Assembly (NCBI RefSeq): GCF_001194135.2
Contig: NC_068987.1
Coordinates: 79,756,063 to 79,820,062, forward strand
Source of the DNA: Octopus bimaculoides
Taxonomy: Eukaryota
Reading direction: 5' to 3'
Length of the DNA stretch: 64,000 nucleotides
Positions 11,714 through 25,363 of the stretch are shown piece after piece. Position numbers and translations under genes: made by a program. Position 1 is the first letter of the stretch, and the number at the start of each line of letters is the position of its first letter. The notes below the pieces were generated by a model. The model was given only the letters and a program-made list of their open reading frames with translations, ran no database searches and was not told where the DNA came from.

Positions 11714-13964
11714 NNNNNNNNNNNNNNNNNNNNNNNNNNNNNNNNNNNNNNNNNNNNNNNNNNNNNNNNNNNNNNNNNNNNNNNNNNNNNNNNNNNNNNN
11801 NNNNNNNNNNNNNNNNNNNNNNNNNNNNNNNNNNNNNNNNNNNNNNNNNNNNNNNNNNNNNNNNNNNNNNNNNNNNNNNNNNNNNNNNNNNNNNNNNNNN
11901 NNNNNNNNNNNNNNNNNNNNNNNNNNNNNNNNNNNNNNNNNNNNNNNNNNNNNNNNNNNNNNNNNNNNNNNNNNNNNNNNNNNNNNNNNNNNNNNNNNNN
12001 NNNNNNNNNNNNNNNNNNNNNNNNNNNNNNNNNNNNNNNNNNNNNNNNNNNNNNNNNNNNNNNNNNNNNNNNNNNNNNNNNNNNNNNNNNNNNNNNNNNN
12101 NNNNNNNNNNNNNNNNNNNNNNNNNNNNNNNNNNNNNNNNNNNNNNNNNNNNNNNNNNNNNNNNNNNNNNNNNNNNNNNNNNNNNNNNNNNNNNNNNNNN
12201 NNNNNNNNNNNNNNNNNNNNNNNNNNNNNNNNNNNNNNNNNNNNNNNNNNNNNNNNNNNNNNNNNNNNNNNNNNNNNNNNNNNNNNNNNNNNNNNNNNNN
12301 NNNNNNNNNNNNNNNNNNNNNNNNNNNNNNNNNNNNNNNNNNNNNNNNNNNNNNNNNNNNNNNNNNNNNNNNNNNNNNNNNNNNNNNNNNNNNNNNNNNN
12401 NNNNNNNNNNNNNNNNNNNNNNNNNNNNNNNNNNNNNNNNNNNNNNNNNNNNNNNNNNNNNNNNNNNNNNNNNNNNNNNNNNNNNNNNNNNNNNNNNNNN
12501 NNNNNNNNNNNNNNNNNNNNNNNNNNNNNNNNNNNNNNNNNNNNNNNNNNNNNNNNNNNNNNNNNNNNNNNNNNNNNNNNNNNNNNNNNNNNNNNNNNNN
12601 NNNNNNNNNNNNNNNNNNNNNNNNNNNNNNNNNNNNNNNNNNNNNNNNNNNNNNNNNNNNNNNNNNTATATATATATATATATATATATCATATATGGAA
12701 ATGTACTTAGTGAATATTTATGTGTACGTTTCACTGTGTGTGTAGGTGTGTGTAGGTGTGTGTATGTGTCTGCGTATGTCACTGTAGTAAGTTAATTGTC
12801 AGTGAGTATTTCACACGCTAATTGCATATCTCTGTACATTGTGGAATTCGCCAGAGTTGCAGGCTAGTCGGCGCCAATATAGCAGAGAATTACATCATAT
12901 TGCTTCTTCAGGCTGAAATATGCAAATTACTGATTTCTTAACGGATGCTTATCGTGTCACTTTGTATGCACCAAATTGTTGCGTCTTTATCGTAAATAAG
13001 TTTCGACAAGTTCGGACCTTCCTTGGCGACTGGATGGTTCCTTTCACTAATCAACCAGAGTGGGGTGACGGATTTCTGCTAATTTTGACTAATAATTTTA
13101 GCTGGTGCATAAGTTATTATAATCAATTTAATACCGCCGACCCGTTTCTGTCTGACGTCTCGACTGGCACAACTATGTTTAGGTGCCGCTTGTTCTTTCA
13201 CCAACGGGGGCCTGCCAAACGGTAGTCTCACACAAGAATATATATATGATTCTTTTTTTTCTTTTTTTTTATACTCCTTCTTTTGCATCATATATAAACG
13301 CCCCTTTCTTCCACCACGACGACAACCATTACTACCATCACCACTGCTACCGCCAGTCATAACGAAAACTACTACTACTACTAGTACCACCATCACTTCC
13401 TAAAAGAAATGGTGATGGTGGCGACTTGGCGCTTGTTCAGCTGAGTGGGGTTGGGTCGTCACTGGTTGATTCGCAATTAATCAGAAATACCCTGTTGCGA
13501 TTTAACATTTCAAAACGGAATTCAAGTGTAAACGCAATGTATATGTATGTGTGTGTGTATGTGTTTGTGTGTGTGTACATGTATACATAAGTAGTATGTG
13601 TATGTGCGTGCGTGTGTGCGTGTCTGTGTTCATGTATAAGTTGTATGCGTGGTTTTTGTGTGATTGTGTATGTATGTGTGTGTGTGTGTGAGTACATATG
13701 AATATGATAAATATATGAGTACTACCTCAACTCACGTCGAGTGCTAGATTTAAGTGTTGTTGATAAAGGAACGAGGTTAATCAATACTGATAACAATCAA
13801 CAAATTCATATCGGCCAGTTCCCTTAATTTTTTTGTTTTATTTTTATGTTATACTTTATTATATATCGGCAAAAAATTCTCGACAGAATTGGAATTATAT
13901 ATATTTATCTATCATACCGCCTAACTTTATGGCTTTATATGTATGTGTCTGTATATATATATAT

Positions 13965-14800
13965 TGCCTATAGTTTCAGCTGAGAGCTGTGGCCATGCTG
14001 ATGCACGGCCGTTTTGCTACACTTTTATTTCTGGGCGCCTCCTCCAATACGTGGCACTTGGTGAAGAATGGAGTTTGCTGTAACTACCCTCATTTGCACC
14101 TCTTGCCGTGAGGTAGGTTCATCTGGGACTCTCGACAGGAAGAGGTCCAACTTTGATTTAAAAACCTCTACATCTACTTTTTGCAGGTTCCTCATGCTCT
14201 TTGGGAGAGTATTAAAAAACTGTGGGCCCCTGAAACCCAAACTGTTGCAGTAACTGGTCCTGAAGCGCGATGGCATTGCTGGGATCTTTGGCACTATGTA
14301 AGGTCATCCCGTTCTGTCATTGGTGTAGCTTTCAATGCCAAAATTTGGCACAATTCCTTCCAGAATCTTCCAGATGTATATTACTGCATACCTCTCCCGC
14401 CTTCTCTCCAGGGAGTAGAGTCTTAGTTGTTTCAGCCTTTCCCAGTAACTGAGCAGTTGCAAAGAGACAATCTTCTTTGTGAATCTTCTCTGGATTGCTT
14501 CAAGGTCCGCTTTTAATTTCACACTGGTGGGTGACCACAGCTGTGAGCAGTAATCCAGGCGACTGAAGACGAATGTCCTCCAGAGGACCATATATATATA
14601 TATGTATATATAAAACATCTCAGAACGTCTTGCGGATTTCGGGATCATTTTGTAGTGTATAAATTAAAGATTTCATTCTCTCCACAAGATCCCAAGTTCA
14701 CCCATACCCATACTTTGCTCCTAGCGAGTTGGTATGTATTCTGTTGCTCCAATAGTAATAAGTTTATTATGCGTACTGGATTTGTAAATTTCTTATATAT
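13965..14800 (-). mobile_element. CR1-clade LINE 3' portion with its 3' terminus
   Basis: VLWRTFVFSRLDYCSQLWSP...LYSLERRRERY...NSLGFRGPQFFNTLP...FLSRVPDEP; 3' stem-loops at 13975-14010; more decayed RT remnant at 14615-14800. Confidence 0.9.
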
Positions 14801-15514
14801 AGATGTCCACTTTCTATTGTATTATTCGGACTAAATTCGTGTCCAGAGGACACAAGAGAACATATGTCCTTTTTATGGTCCCACACTACGGTATATAGCC
14901 GGTTGTCTTTTAACTTAATGGCTGCTTTAATTTTAAAGCTCCACCAATATTATTTTAACCCATCGGACTCTATGTCGTCAATTTCATTTATAGGTTGTTG
15001 TTTTTTTTTTGTTATCCTGTCCTAGACTTTTCATGCCTCGTATATATGTACGTATGTATGCATGTATGCCTGTATGCATGTGCATGTATGTATGTATGTA
15101 TGTATCATCCTTATTTTCACCGTGTACAGCGAGATATGAATAATTTGCTTATTTATCATCAATACGTCTTGGCGGTTTCCGACGCTGGTCGCTGCAGCGT
15201 ACATCATAGAAGGGTAAATTCTTCTTTTTAAGAAGATAATTTGTTCTACGCATTCGGCTCAATGACACACGTGATTCTGCGACACTGTGGTTTTGACAGA
15301 TAGTATCTCCTCAGCTAGAAACGCTCGGATCTTTTAGTCTATACCAAGCTCAAACTGCTAACTTTGTTTATAACTTCACACACACACACACACACACTCA
15401 CATCTATACATAGACATATATATCCATATATATATACATAAAATATTAGGGAATGCCAAAATCCAAACTTACAAGGATAATCAATTTAGTAATACCAAAT
15501 TGAATTTTAAATTA

Positions 15515-15517
15515 TTA

Positions 15518-15600
<83 letters not shown>
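15515..15600. repeat. (TA)n microsatellite
   Basis: Visible run. Confidence 0.95.
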
Positions 15601-15603
<3 letters not shown>

Positions 15604-17014
15604 GTAATGCAATCCCTTTTTAAATCGCACTTTATGTGAATTATATATTCGTCTGCATATATATATATATATATATGAGTATGTGTCTGTGTATGTTTGT
15701 ATGTTTGTGTAAATATACACGTACTTACATATGTATATAAATAGATAAAGATATATGTGTGCATGTGTGTGAATTTACATGCATACATTCATATACATAT
15801 GTGCACACAGATGTACACAAGATATATACGCAAAATTCCTCGATTTATTACATTTTCCGGCTGATTTACGTTCTTTGGGGGGTTTTACTCTCGTTTTTCC
15901 TCTTCCAGATCAGCATCTGGAGGGAAGAAATAATATGTATTAATCCAGTGAAGACATTATACGTATATGGTGTCTAGACTAGGATAAACTAATGTAATAA
16001 GCACAAATGCCAAACAGATAATAATGGCACCTCTAAAGATTCTATGACGCCATTTTTGTTGGTTGGGATTGATAATATGGATAAACATCTTATGACTTCC
16101 TGTGTCTCGCGTTCGTATCTTGTGAGGAGAACTGGAGAACAGCATGAAGTTTATTAAGACAAAAAAGGGGTGATATTTTTTCATCGTTTCGCATTCAACA
16201 CATAACCACCATCATTTCGAAACATGTATTACAAGCAAAATTACCTAGAATGTGGTATTGACGGACACAGATTTATATGCATACATATATTCTCTCCCTT
16301 TCACCGTTCCCTCTAACTCACTCTTCCTCCTTGACTCGTCGCTGACACGTGACGAAAGGGGATCTCTCTTTCTGTCCACTGCCTTCCTAAAGAAAAGACG
16401 TGCTTTTTTCTGTCTCTCCTCTCATAGCTCGTCTACCTAGTGTTCATAATAATTTTTCTATCGTCTTGGCTCAACAGCCCTCACCGTTTGTTTTTACTGT
16501 CTTGTTCTTATTGTCCTGTTCTTGTTAACACATTCACCCTCCGCTAAAAATCCAAAATTTTATTCAATTTGCTTTGCAGGAAGGACTGTTTCAATGAAGT
16601 CGCGTATTGTCCTTGCTTTCGAAACACGGAGTAGATGAAACAGGGACAACTGAAGAAGGGGTATATTCTTTATGTTGCATGTCTCGTTTCTCTGTTCGTT
16701 TTTTTCGTTGTTCGAAAAATGTTTGTTTTCTATGTTTTGGTTTCTCATTGTGTTTAACGTCTTTTTTTTATGTCCTGTACCCATATATGCATGTATGTAT
16801 ACATATGGATGTAGGTATGTACATATATGTATGGATATATGCATATATTTATATATTATTTATATTATTATATGATCGAACGCCAACGCCACGCATCCTT
16901 TTCCAAGTAAGTTTTATCTATCTATATATATATACATACATATACGTATATGCATACACACACAAACACACATGTTCACACACACACACACACACNNNNN
17001 NNNNNNNNNNNNNN

Positions 17015-17050
<36 letters not shown>

Positions 17051-17194
17051 TACATGTGTGTGGGAGTATCTTATAGATGGTAACGATTGGAACGCCTTTG
17101 GTTATAGACCTATTCTGTCAAAGCTTGAAGGGTGAACTCGAAGGATAAATGACAACAACTACGTTCACGAAATATTGAATTTGAGAACAGGATT

Positions 17195-17420
17195 GCAGGT
17201 ACTTATTTAATCGACCCCGAAAGAATGAAAGGCAAAGTCGACCTCGGCGGAACTTGAACTCAGAACGTAGTGGCGTGCTAACGTTCCTGCCAGCTCGTCG
17301 GCTTAACTGGTACTTATTCTATGGACCCCACCGAAATTTGAACTCCGAACATAAAAAGCTGGAAGTAACGCTCCTTGGCACATTTCCCGACTTCCTAACG
17401 ATTTTGCCTGCTGGTCGTCT
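17195..17420 (-). mobile_element. Two internally deleted SINE family A units
   Basis: atcgaccccgaaagaatgaaaggcaaagtcgacctcggcggaacttgaactcagaacg, then a second gaaatttgaactcc unit. Confidence 0.75.
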
Positions 17421-18644
17421 TGCACCATATAAATAATAAGTTAAAATTTACAGTGAATGTAGCTTGGATGGGAATGTGCTTCGTAAGACACACTTGCTCA
17501 AAATATGCTACATTAAATTAATATCGAATAATGTCCCTTTATTCAAGTCAGTTAGGTTCTCCTTCATTTGTCTTGTAGAATTAGACATATTTTTTTAATG
17601 TCTTGGTCAAAGAATTTAAGAATTTAATTTCGTATTTTATACGCAAACTTCTGCACAATTTATTCTTTTAGACTCATGTAAAATGAAGTACGATGCAATA
17701 ATTTCTTAAAAGTCTGATTAACAGCAACGTAATATTTCTGAAAAGAAATTCGCAAATATATAAGTATCGGGTATGTTAGTAATTTATTAGGAAAGAAAAT
17801 TAATAGGATTTTAAGATATCAGTTACGTTTCTTTCCAAATAAAATGCTTGGTTTTATCCTCGTTGACAAAACAAAATATTAGCTAAAACAGATAGGAAGA
17901 TATACGGCTTCTTCTACTGACAGAAAGTAGTAAGCATAAGAAAGAAGATTGTGTATACTATTTAACAAGGACAAGTGTATGTATGCTGCATAACAAAATA
18001 GTGTACACATGGAATTTAATGTTTTAAGGAATTCTGAAATAGAATATTGTTTTTCTGCTTTATTTGTTTTTTAATACCCCTCTCAATGAGCGAAATGAGT
18101 ACGTCTGCAAACACTAAACGACCGGCTATAGTTCCTCTGTCAATAATCCGTAACAACAACGTCCGATTAGCATCGCTAATTTTCTGATTAAATTGCTACG
18201 CAAGCCTTTAAAATGTTCGATTGATTGGTTATCTTAATCTCGTAATCCGATTAAGAAAGTAAAATGTCGAAGATATACCTCAGAATCCTTTTCACGTTTC
18301 CTTTTTTATTATATCTTTTCTTATGTTTCATCGGCACGAACAAATGGATCAAAATAGAACTAATATTTGCCGTTACAGAAATATATTTGATTTGATCTTT
18401 AAGTCATTTGCGGAAGGTTAAAGAGCAGTTGATCCTCTAAGTTGTTACAGCAATACCTTATCTTTTGGAAAACACAATACATTTCTTTCGAAAATATTTC
18501 TAAAATGATGCCATTATCAACTTAAGTAATGCTCTTGTCTATCATCATAGAGTGATTAGTTATCAAATGCCTGACCTCTAGAATTTGTTTAGTGTCACTG
18601 TTTGAGGTAAGCAATTCTCTCAGTGGTTGATATTTCATTCTTTT

Positions 18645-19070
18645 CATTTCTACTCTAGGCACAAGGCCCGAAATTTTGGGGGAGGGAGCCAGTTGATTAA
18701 ATCGACACCAGTACGCAACTGGTACTTAATTTTATAGCCCCGAAAGGATGAAAGGCAAATTCGACCTCGGCGGAATTTGAACTCAGAACGTAGAGCCTGG
18801 CGATATACCGCTAAGCATTTCGCCCTGCGTGCTAACGTTTCTTATCTCTTTATTGCCCATAAAAGGCTGAACATAGAAGGGACAAACAAGGACAGACAAG
18901 AGGATTAAGTCGATTACATCGACCCGAGTGCGTAACTGGTACTTAATTTATCGACCCCGAAAGGATGAAAGACAAAGTCGACCTTGGCGGAATTTGAACT
19001 CAGAAAGTAGAGACTGACGAAATACCGCTAAACATTTCGCCCTGCATGCTAACGTTTCTGCCAGCTCGCC
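18645..19070 (-). mobile_element. Dimeric SINE family A
   Basis: Same two-monomer architecture and linker as 8810-9228. Confidence 0.85.
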
Positions 19071-20157
19071 ATGACATAAACCGTCAAATAGGTGTACCCG
19101 CCAAGGCAAGAAATGTACATTAAGAGATAAGAGGAAGTTGAATGAAATGAGCAATCTGGTTTCGAGTCGCGGTGGAAATAAAGTATGCACCTTTTAATCA
19201 TTAATGCTCGTCGTTTCCTATTTTAATACCACTCTCAGCCTTCCCTACATTTGACTGAGTGCACCCATGTAAATATTCAGGTCAGGTTTCCACTCTGACG
19301 ATAACAAGATATTTCACCGTTTCTTCCACTATTTTCCGAGACTATACAAATAGATTATAGGTATTGATGAAGTCATACCAAAGGCGCTTTTTCGTAGACT
19401 AGTCAACGAACGGTGACTGCAAATCGGATAAGCTTATATCCTATAATGTCGGGAAACTACGAGTACTGATGTGAGTATGCCATGCTTGTATTACACACAC
19501 ATACTCCCATACATATTGGACCATTAGTAATATATTTAAAAGAAAAGGTGTTTCTCTGGATGCCCTGTTATGCATGCCCAGTGATACATAATAACCGGTT
19601 ATAGCATTTTCCAGACCGGAGTACATGTTTATGCGCATGCCCGAAGAACAAAAATTACCGTCAATGCTATTTGAAATTTTTACTGCGCGTATCAATCTTG
19701 CGATCTATCCATGCAATTTGATTTGCTTTTGTGATATAAGACATTTAGAAATATTTATTGCATGGTTTTACTCTATGTTGGATATTACGAATATGCAAAA
19801 AAAAAAAAAACTTTTCAAATCTCATCCCAAATTTTGATTTTGTTTTCCTTAAAGAGATCGTAGCGAATTGACGAACATAGGCAAAACGATATCAAATTTA
19901 GACAAACACATTAAAGTGAAAAGCATTTGCATTTTTCTTGTGTTTGCCTTAAATAATCGTAAATAATAATTAAATGTAAATGAAATATACACCATTTTAT
20001 GAGAAACAAACAATACTATGTTTAATAATTACTGTTAGAAAGTTTAATAAGAGGCTCAAATTTCACCCCCTCCCCTAATTTTAAATTTTGAACTTTTCAT
20101 CTAATTATTTGTCTGTCTATCAATTTATCCCTATCCCTTTATTCATATCTATTTATT

Positions 20158-20208
<51 letters not shown>

Positions 20209-20259
20209 NNNNNNNNNNNNNNNNNNNNATATATATGCACAGACATACATATATACACG

Positions 20260-20412
20260 ACAGGCTTCTTTCAGTTTCCGTCTACCAAATACACACACAA
20301 GGCTTTGGCCGGCCCGTGACTATAATAGAAGACAATTGCTCAAGGTGCCACGCAGTAGGGCTGAACTAGGAACCATGTAATTGGTAAGCAAGGTAATTAC
20401 CACTCAGCCACT
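20260..20412 (-). mobile_element. SINE family B, 5' half
   Basis: ggcttctttcagtttccgtctacc...caaggtgccacgcagtagggctgaac...accatgt; adjacent to (TA)n and a gap. Confidence 0.8.
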
Positions 20413-20720
20413 CCAACATCTCTTGAAACAGATAACTATATATTTATTGAATTAAAAATTTTGAAAACGTGATTTTTTGCATATTCGGAATCTCCGTCAT
20501 CGAAAACATAGGAATCCGCTGAAAAAAAATCAGAAAGTCTGTTTTTGTTGGGGAGGGGGTGACTGTGCGCCAGGTTCGCTGGAGATGAGGGGTGAAATCT
20601 GATAAATTTTAAATTTGGGGGAAAGAGAGGTTGATGTGGGTATTTTAAGTTCGGAAAAGGTGGTTTAAAAAAAAAAATTCTGAAAAATGTTCAAACTTTT
20701 AAATTAGGCGGAGGGCAACA

Positions 20721-21597
20721 TGTATCGTTAATGGGAAACGTAAAAAACATTTCCCTAAAGACTTTCAAGAAAATACATTACACAGTTATAATGGTTATCA
20801 CTTTACCGACGTCGAAATAATGGTTTTACATTTACAAAGTCTAATGTCGAATTAGGTAATCGTTTAGTAGAACCATATTCCTCCTCCTTCTTTTTAGTCA
20901 AATATGGAGGTCATTGTAATGTAGAGATAAGTGAATCTGTAAAATCAGTTAAATATATAAGCAAATATATTCATGAAGGTCATGATCGGGTGACAGTCAA
21001 TATTAGTGGACAAACCAATGCACGACAAACACACAAAGTTAAAATTGAAAATTATATCAATGGGCACTATGGATCCTCATCAGAGGCAGTCTGGAGAATT
21101 TTAGGGTTCAAATTACATGGTTCATATCCTGCAGTCCAACAGCTTACAGTTCATTTACCCCAACAGCAATACATTTACTTTAATGACGATGATGATATTG
21201 AACATGTTATCTACACACATGACGTCAACTCTCACTGAATGGATGCGAAATAACCGGGATTCACCAGCTAACACATTTTCACATACATTACACTATACCT
21301 CCTTGAATTTTACACATGAAATAACAGTGAGAAAATGTGGCATCTCAGGAAAAACTAATACACACTCAATTGGGCGTATTTACTTTATTTCACCAAAGGA
21401 ACGAGCGATTCTATCTGGGAGCTTTACAATATCGTATTCCCGGAGATTCATCATTTGAAGATATGAGGACTATTAATGGTGTAGTTTGCCATAGTTATAA
21501 AGAGGCTGCAATGAAACTGGGTTTAGTAACTGATGACGGTGAATGCTATCGGACTATGGAGTTTGCAAATATTTCAGCTACTCCATATCAGATGTGA
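20721..21597 (+). mobile_element. Helitron RepHel fragment (pseudogenised)
   Basis: CIVNGKRKKHFPKDF, YRRRNNG...LGNRLVEPY, GHCNVE...SVKYISKYIHEGHD (Rep motif with Y-x-x-K-Y), SSSEAVWRILGF, HSIGRIYF, ERFYL...SSFEDMRTINGVVCHSYKEAAMKLGL; several frameshifts. Confidence 0.9.
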
Positions 21598-24424
21598 GAT
21601 TCTTCTCGATCAGGCGATCTACGAGCGCAAATCAGTCAATGTGTTCGCTGAATTATATATAGTTATAAGCTCTGTCAGTTCGTTCTGGGTTGGCTCTCTC
21701 AGGTACAACTGATCGACAAGAGTCAACAAACTCGAAATATCACATTCCCAAAAGAGGGCGACACCTTTTTACGATAAGAGAGAATTTTTTCTCCACGGTA
21801 ACTGCAGTGTATTTGCCTTTAGCAGTTGAAAAATGTGACAAACATATTTCAACAAACCTAAATTGTGATTATATGTGTGTATATATATATGTATATATAT
21901 ATATATATATATATNNNNNNNNNNNNNNNNNNNNNNNNNNNNNNNNNNNNNNNNNNNNNNNNNNNNNNNNNNNNNNNNNNNNNNNNNNNNNGATAAGAGA
22001 GAATTTTTTCTCCACGGTAACTGCAGTGTATTTGCCTTTAGCAGTTGAAAAATGTGACAAACATATTTCAACAAACCTAAATTGTGATTATATGTGTGTA
22101 TATATATATGTATATATATCTGTATATAATACAAAGAATATATATACATGTATACACACATATATGTACATACTTACATCTACATGTGTATATATATGCA
22201 TATCAGGGTACAGGACGTTAGAAAACGCTCGGGAATACAGAAAGTTTTTAACGTTTTGAGTTATGCTCTTCAACAGAAAGAATACAGAGAACAGGAGAAA
22301 AACACGGAGAAAAAAATTTGATTGTTTTGGTCAGCGATCTATCATGGCGACTGCGGACAGAAAGTTCACGCAGGAGAGCTAAGAAAAAGCGGAGATAACA
22401 AAAGGGGAAAGAAACGGTGACCCAAATACGAGGAGCTGTGTGTGTGTATGAGAGAGAGAATGCTGGTGATCTTGACGTATGTATTTGTGTATGTAGGTGT
22501 GAAAAATGGGGAGGGGAGAAATGAGTTGGTCAGTTGTAGTGTGTGTGTGTGGTGTGTGTTGTGAAGTGATGTGTGGTGTGATGTTAGGGTGTTGGGAGGT
22601 GGGAAAGGCGAAGGCGGGGGAGGCGAGAGTAGGGAAAGCATGGGTGTGTGTGCGCGCGCTGGAACGAATTTGTATTTTCTCAATCCCCTCACGTGTTATC
22701 CGTTTCTATAAAAATACAAACACTAGATTTCTCTCACTGGAAAAATGTTATGAATTTCTAGGAAAGGGGTTCATTTGATTTAATCACCCCCAGCACATTA
22801 CTTGTAATCATTTATGAATGCTAGTGGGGTGCATTATCTAGACGACCGTGATAGCTTTTAGGAGGAAACAGAAAGAACGTAACTAATTTTGACAAAACGT
22901 TTCCTCATCTTCTGTCACTTCAACTAAACCTCCATTTTGAATCTTAATATTCTATTCATTAATCGTGTAGGACTCATATGTGGAGATTTGGAATTAAAGT
23001 TAAAATTCTCTACGTTTATAAAAATTGTATGAAGTTTATTCGTTGAGGGAAGTTATTTAAAATAAACGACTTACGATGTTAATTATGAAGTTTATTTATC
23101 ATATATTCAGGTATAATCTATGACACATTCCTTCTCGTTATGAATGCTGTATATTCTATAGCATGTTTCGGAGCTTTCTATGCCGAGTATTATCACATAC
23201 ATTTATTATTATATAGCAAAATGGCCTTGCACATACGTTAGAAATCATTATTATAAAGCAAAACTTATTCATATTAAAAATATGCCTTAAAATTTGAAGT
23301 TTATCCGCCCGAAGGCAATTAACGACAAATTATCATGATTCGTAGTATTTTTGGATTAAAGGAAGATTCTACTTACGAAATTATTGCGACATAAATTATT
23401 GAATAGCTGGGTGTATAGATTAAAACACACTTTATTTCCTAGGATAGACACACGAATTGATAGTTTGTGCTTGCCTTTGTCGGGTATAAATAGGTTTGGA
23501 GATGTATTTATATGAGCTACATTTGTAGTGCTTTTTTTTTTTACCACATTTTCCTTTTTATCAATAAACAGAATATTCATAAAATAAGTAAAGCTACGTA
23601 TATTGAATGCAATCGTAAATGAATGAACCAGAAACTGAAAATAAAAATAGTTTTTTTTATTTTTTATATTTTGTATACACATGAATCGCTGTTGATTCAT
23701 TCTCAGAAAGCCGACGGAATGCTTCAGTAGAAACCACAAAGTTTAAGGTTCATATCTTATTATCGGCGCCACATTAAACTTGCGAGCAAAATGCACAATT
23801 CTCATATCGCACTTTTCACTTCGCTATATTTAAATACTATACAATATAAAAATATGGTTAAAAGAGAGACTATTTCGTTGATTTGATATGCAATGTTCAA
23901 CCTCAATTGTTAGTAATAATTAATATTATTTCCTGTTCATGATCATTCCTCATGAAAATTATGAAGTCAAAGAGTTCTGTCGAACATATCACTCCAAAGA
24001 GACGTCCAACCTTCATTGAATACCTAAGGTGAAAGTGAACAGGAATATTTGAGTAATCGACTTTTGAAAGCTTACGTTAAAAGGAATTTTCGAATGAAGC
24101 TCCTGTGATTTATCACATGAAACCGAAGGATTTGCATCAGAGTGTCCCTCTCATAGACGGATGCTATGATGTCCAGGGCACAAATGAAAACTGCATCCGG
24201 CAGAGGGGCTCTGCCTCGGGAGTTCCAGAATTTTGAGGAATGTGGAACCACCTCTTAACCACTATTGTTCCCTGGTTTATTCTGACCCTGAGCAGTAGCC
24301 CCTGTCAGGTTCCTTGCTGTGAAATTCTCACTTTTAAGTTTATCTCTACAGATTCTCTATAGAAATTCGGTGCCTGCATAAATGAGAACATCTCACTGCT
24401 AATACAAATATAAGGTAAAATATA

Positions 24425-24536
24425 GGCTTGGGTCTATCGTAGAAAACACTTGCGCAAGGTTCTTCCCCGTAGGACTGAACCCTAAACCACGTAGCTGCCA
24501 AAGCAGCTTCGAAACCAAAAGGCCATTCCTACTCCT
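24425..24536 (-). mobile_element. SINE family B, 5' half
   Basis: aaaacacttgcgcaagg...ggactgaaccc..aaccacgt. Confidence 0.7.
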
Positions 24537-24904
24537 AAATAGAAAAACTACAGATGTCTAGTTATGAAAATTTCTTCATATCTAGAAATGTAATTTAAAA
24601 CCTGCAGGGAGTTTGAACGCCTAACTTAATGGTTCAACACATTACCCCTTTCAGCTATCTTAGGTTCTAAGCTTACATAGCAAAACTTGAATTTTGATTT
24701 TCACATTAGTATTGCTTATTGTAGTCGAACGTTCTAAACAGACCGAGTCAGTCTATTGGTTTTGATTCTTAATAACAACTGTTTCACTTTGGCTGCTAAA
24801 ACCTTTGAGAAAGACATTGATGATCCAGCACCTTTCCACTACATGTCTGTTATAATCTCGAGGAATACTGAAGACATGAAATGTCAATATCATTCAATCC
24901 CTCA

Positions 24905-25115
24905 AAGGAGGGCGAGCTGAAATAATTGAAAGAATCATTCGGGTAAAATGCTTTGCGGAATTTCGTCCGTCTTTACGTTCTGAGTTCAAATTCCGTTGAA
25001 GTCAACTTTCATCTTTTCCCGGTCGATAAAATAAGTACCAGTTGAGCACTAGGGTTGATGCAATCGAATTTCTGCTGCCACGGAAATTTCAGGCCTTGTG
25101 CCAAAAGTTGAAATC
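24905..25115 (+). mobile_element. SINE family A
   Basis: ggcgagctg head; ttacgttctgagttcaaattccg; gtcgataaaataagtaccagttgagcac. Confidence 0.8.
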
Positions 25116-25327
25116 AATATTATTCAATCCATCTCTGTATTTATTATCTGATAAAATGGTAAATATTATAAGGTTGATTGGTATGTGGAAAAAACGGTAA
25201 TAAGAGATTAAGATGATAATTTCTTCTCGAACTCAGAGACGTCGTAAGAACAGCAGAAACATTGGGTAAATTACCTTTACAAAGCGGGAAAATATGTCAA
25301 CAACCAGCTATANNNNNNNNNNNNNNN

Positions 25328-25363
<36 letters not shown>

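Noticed and set aside
21773-22119. Identical 128-bp direct repeat (21773-21900 and 21992-22119)
   Set aside because: The copies are identical, flank an N-gap and end in (TA)n. This is the typical signature of unmerged overlapping contig ends, so it is an assembly artefact.
23356-23739. 127-aa minus-strand ORF
   Set aside because: AT-rich low-complexity composition with poly-A/T runs and no motif.
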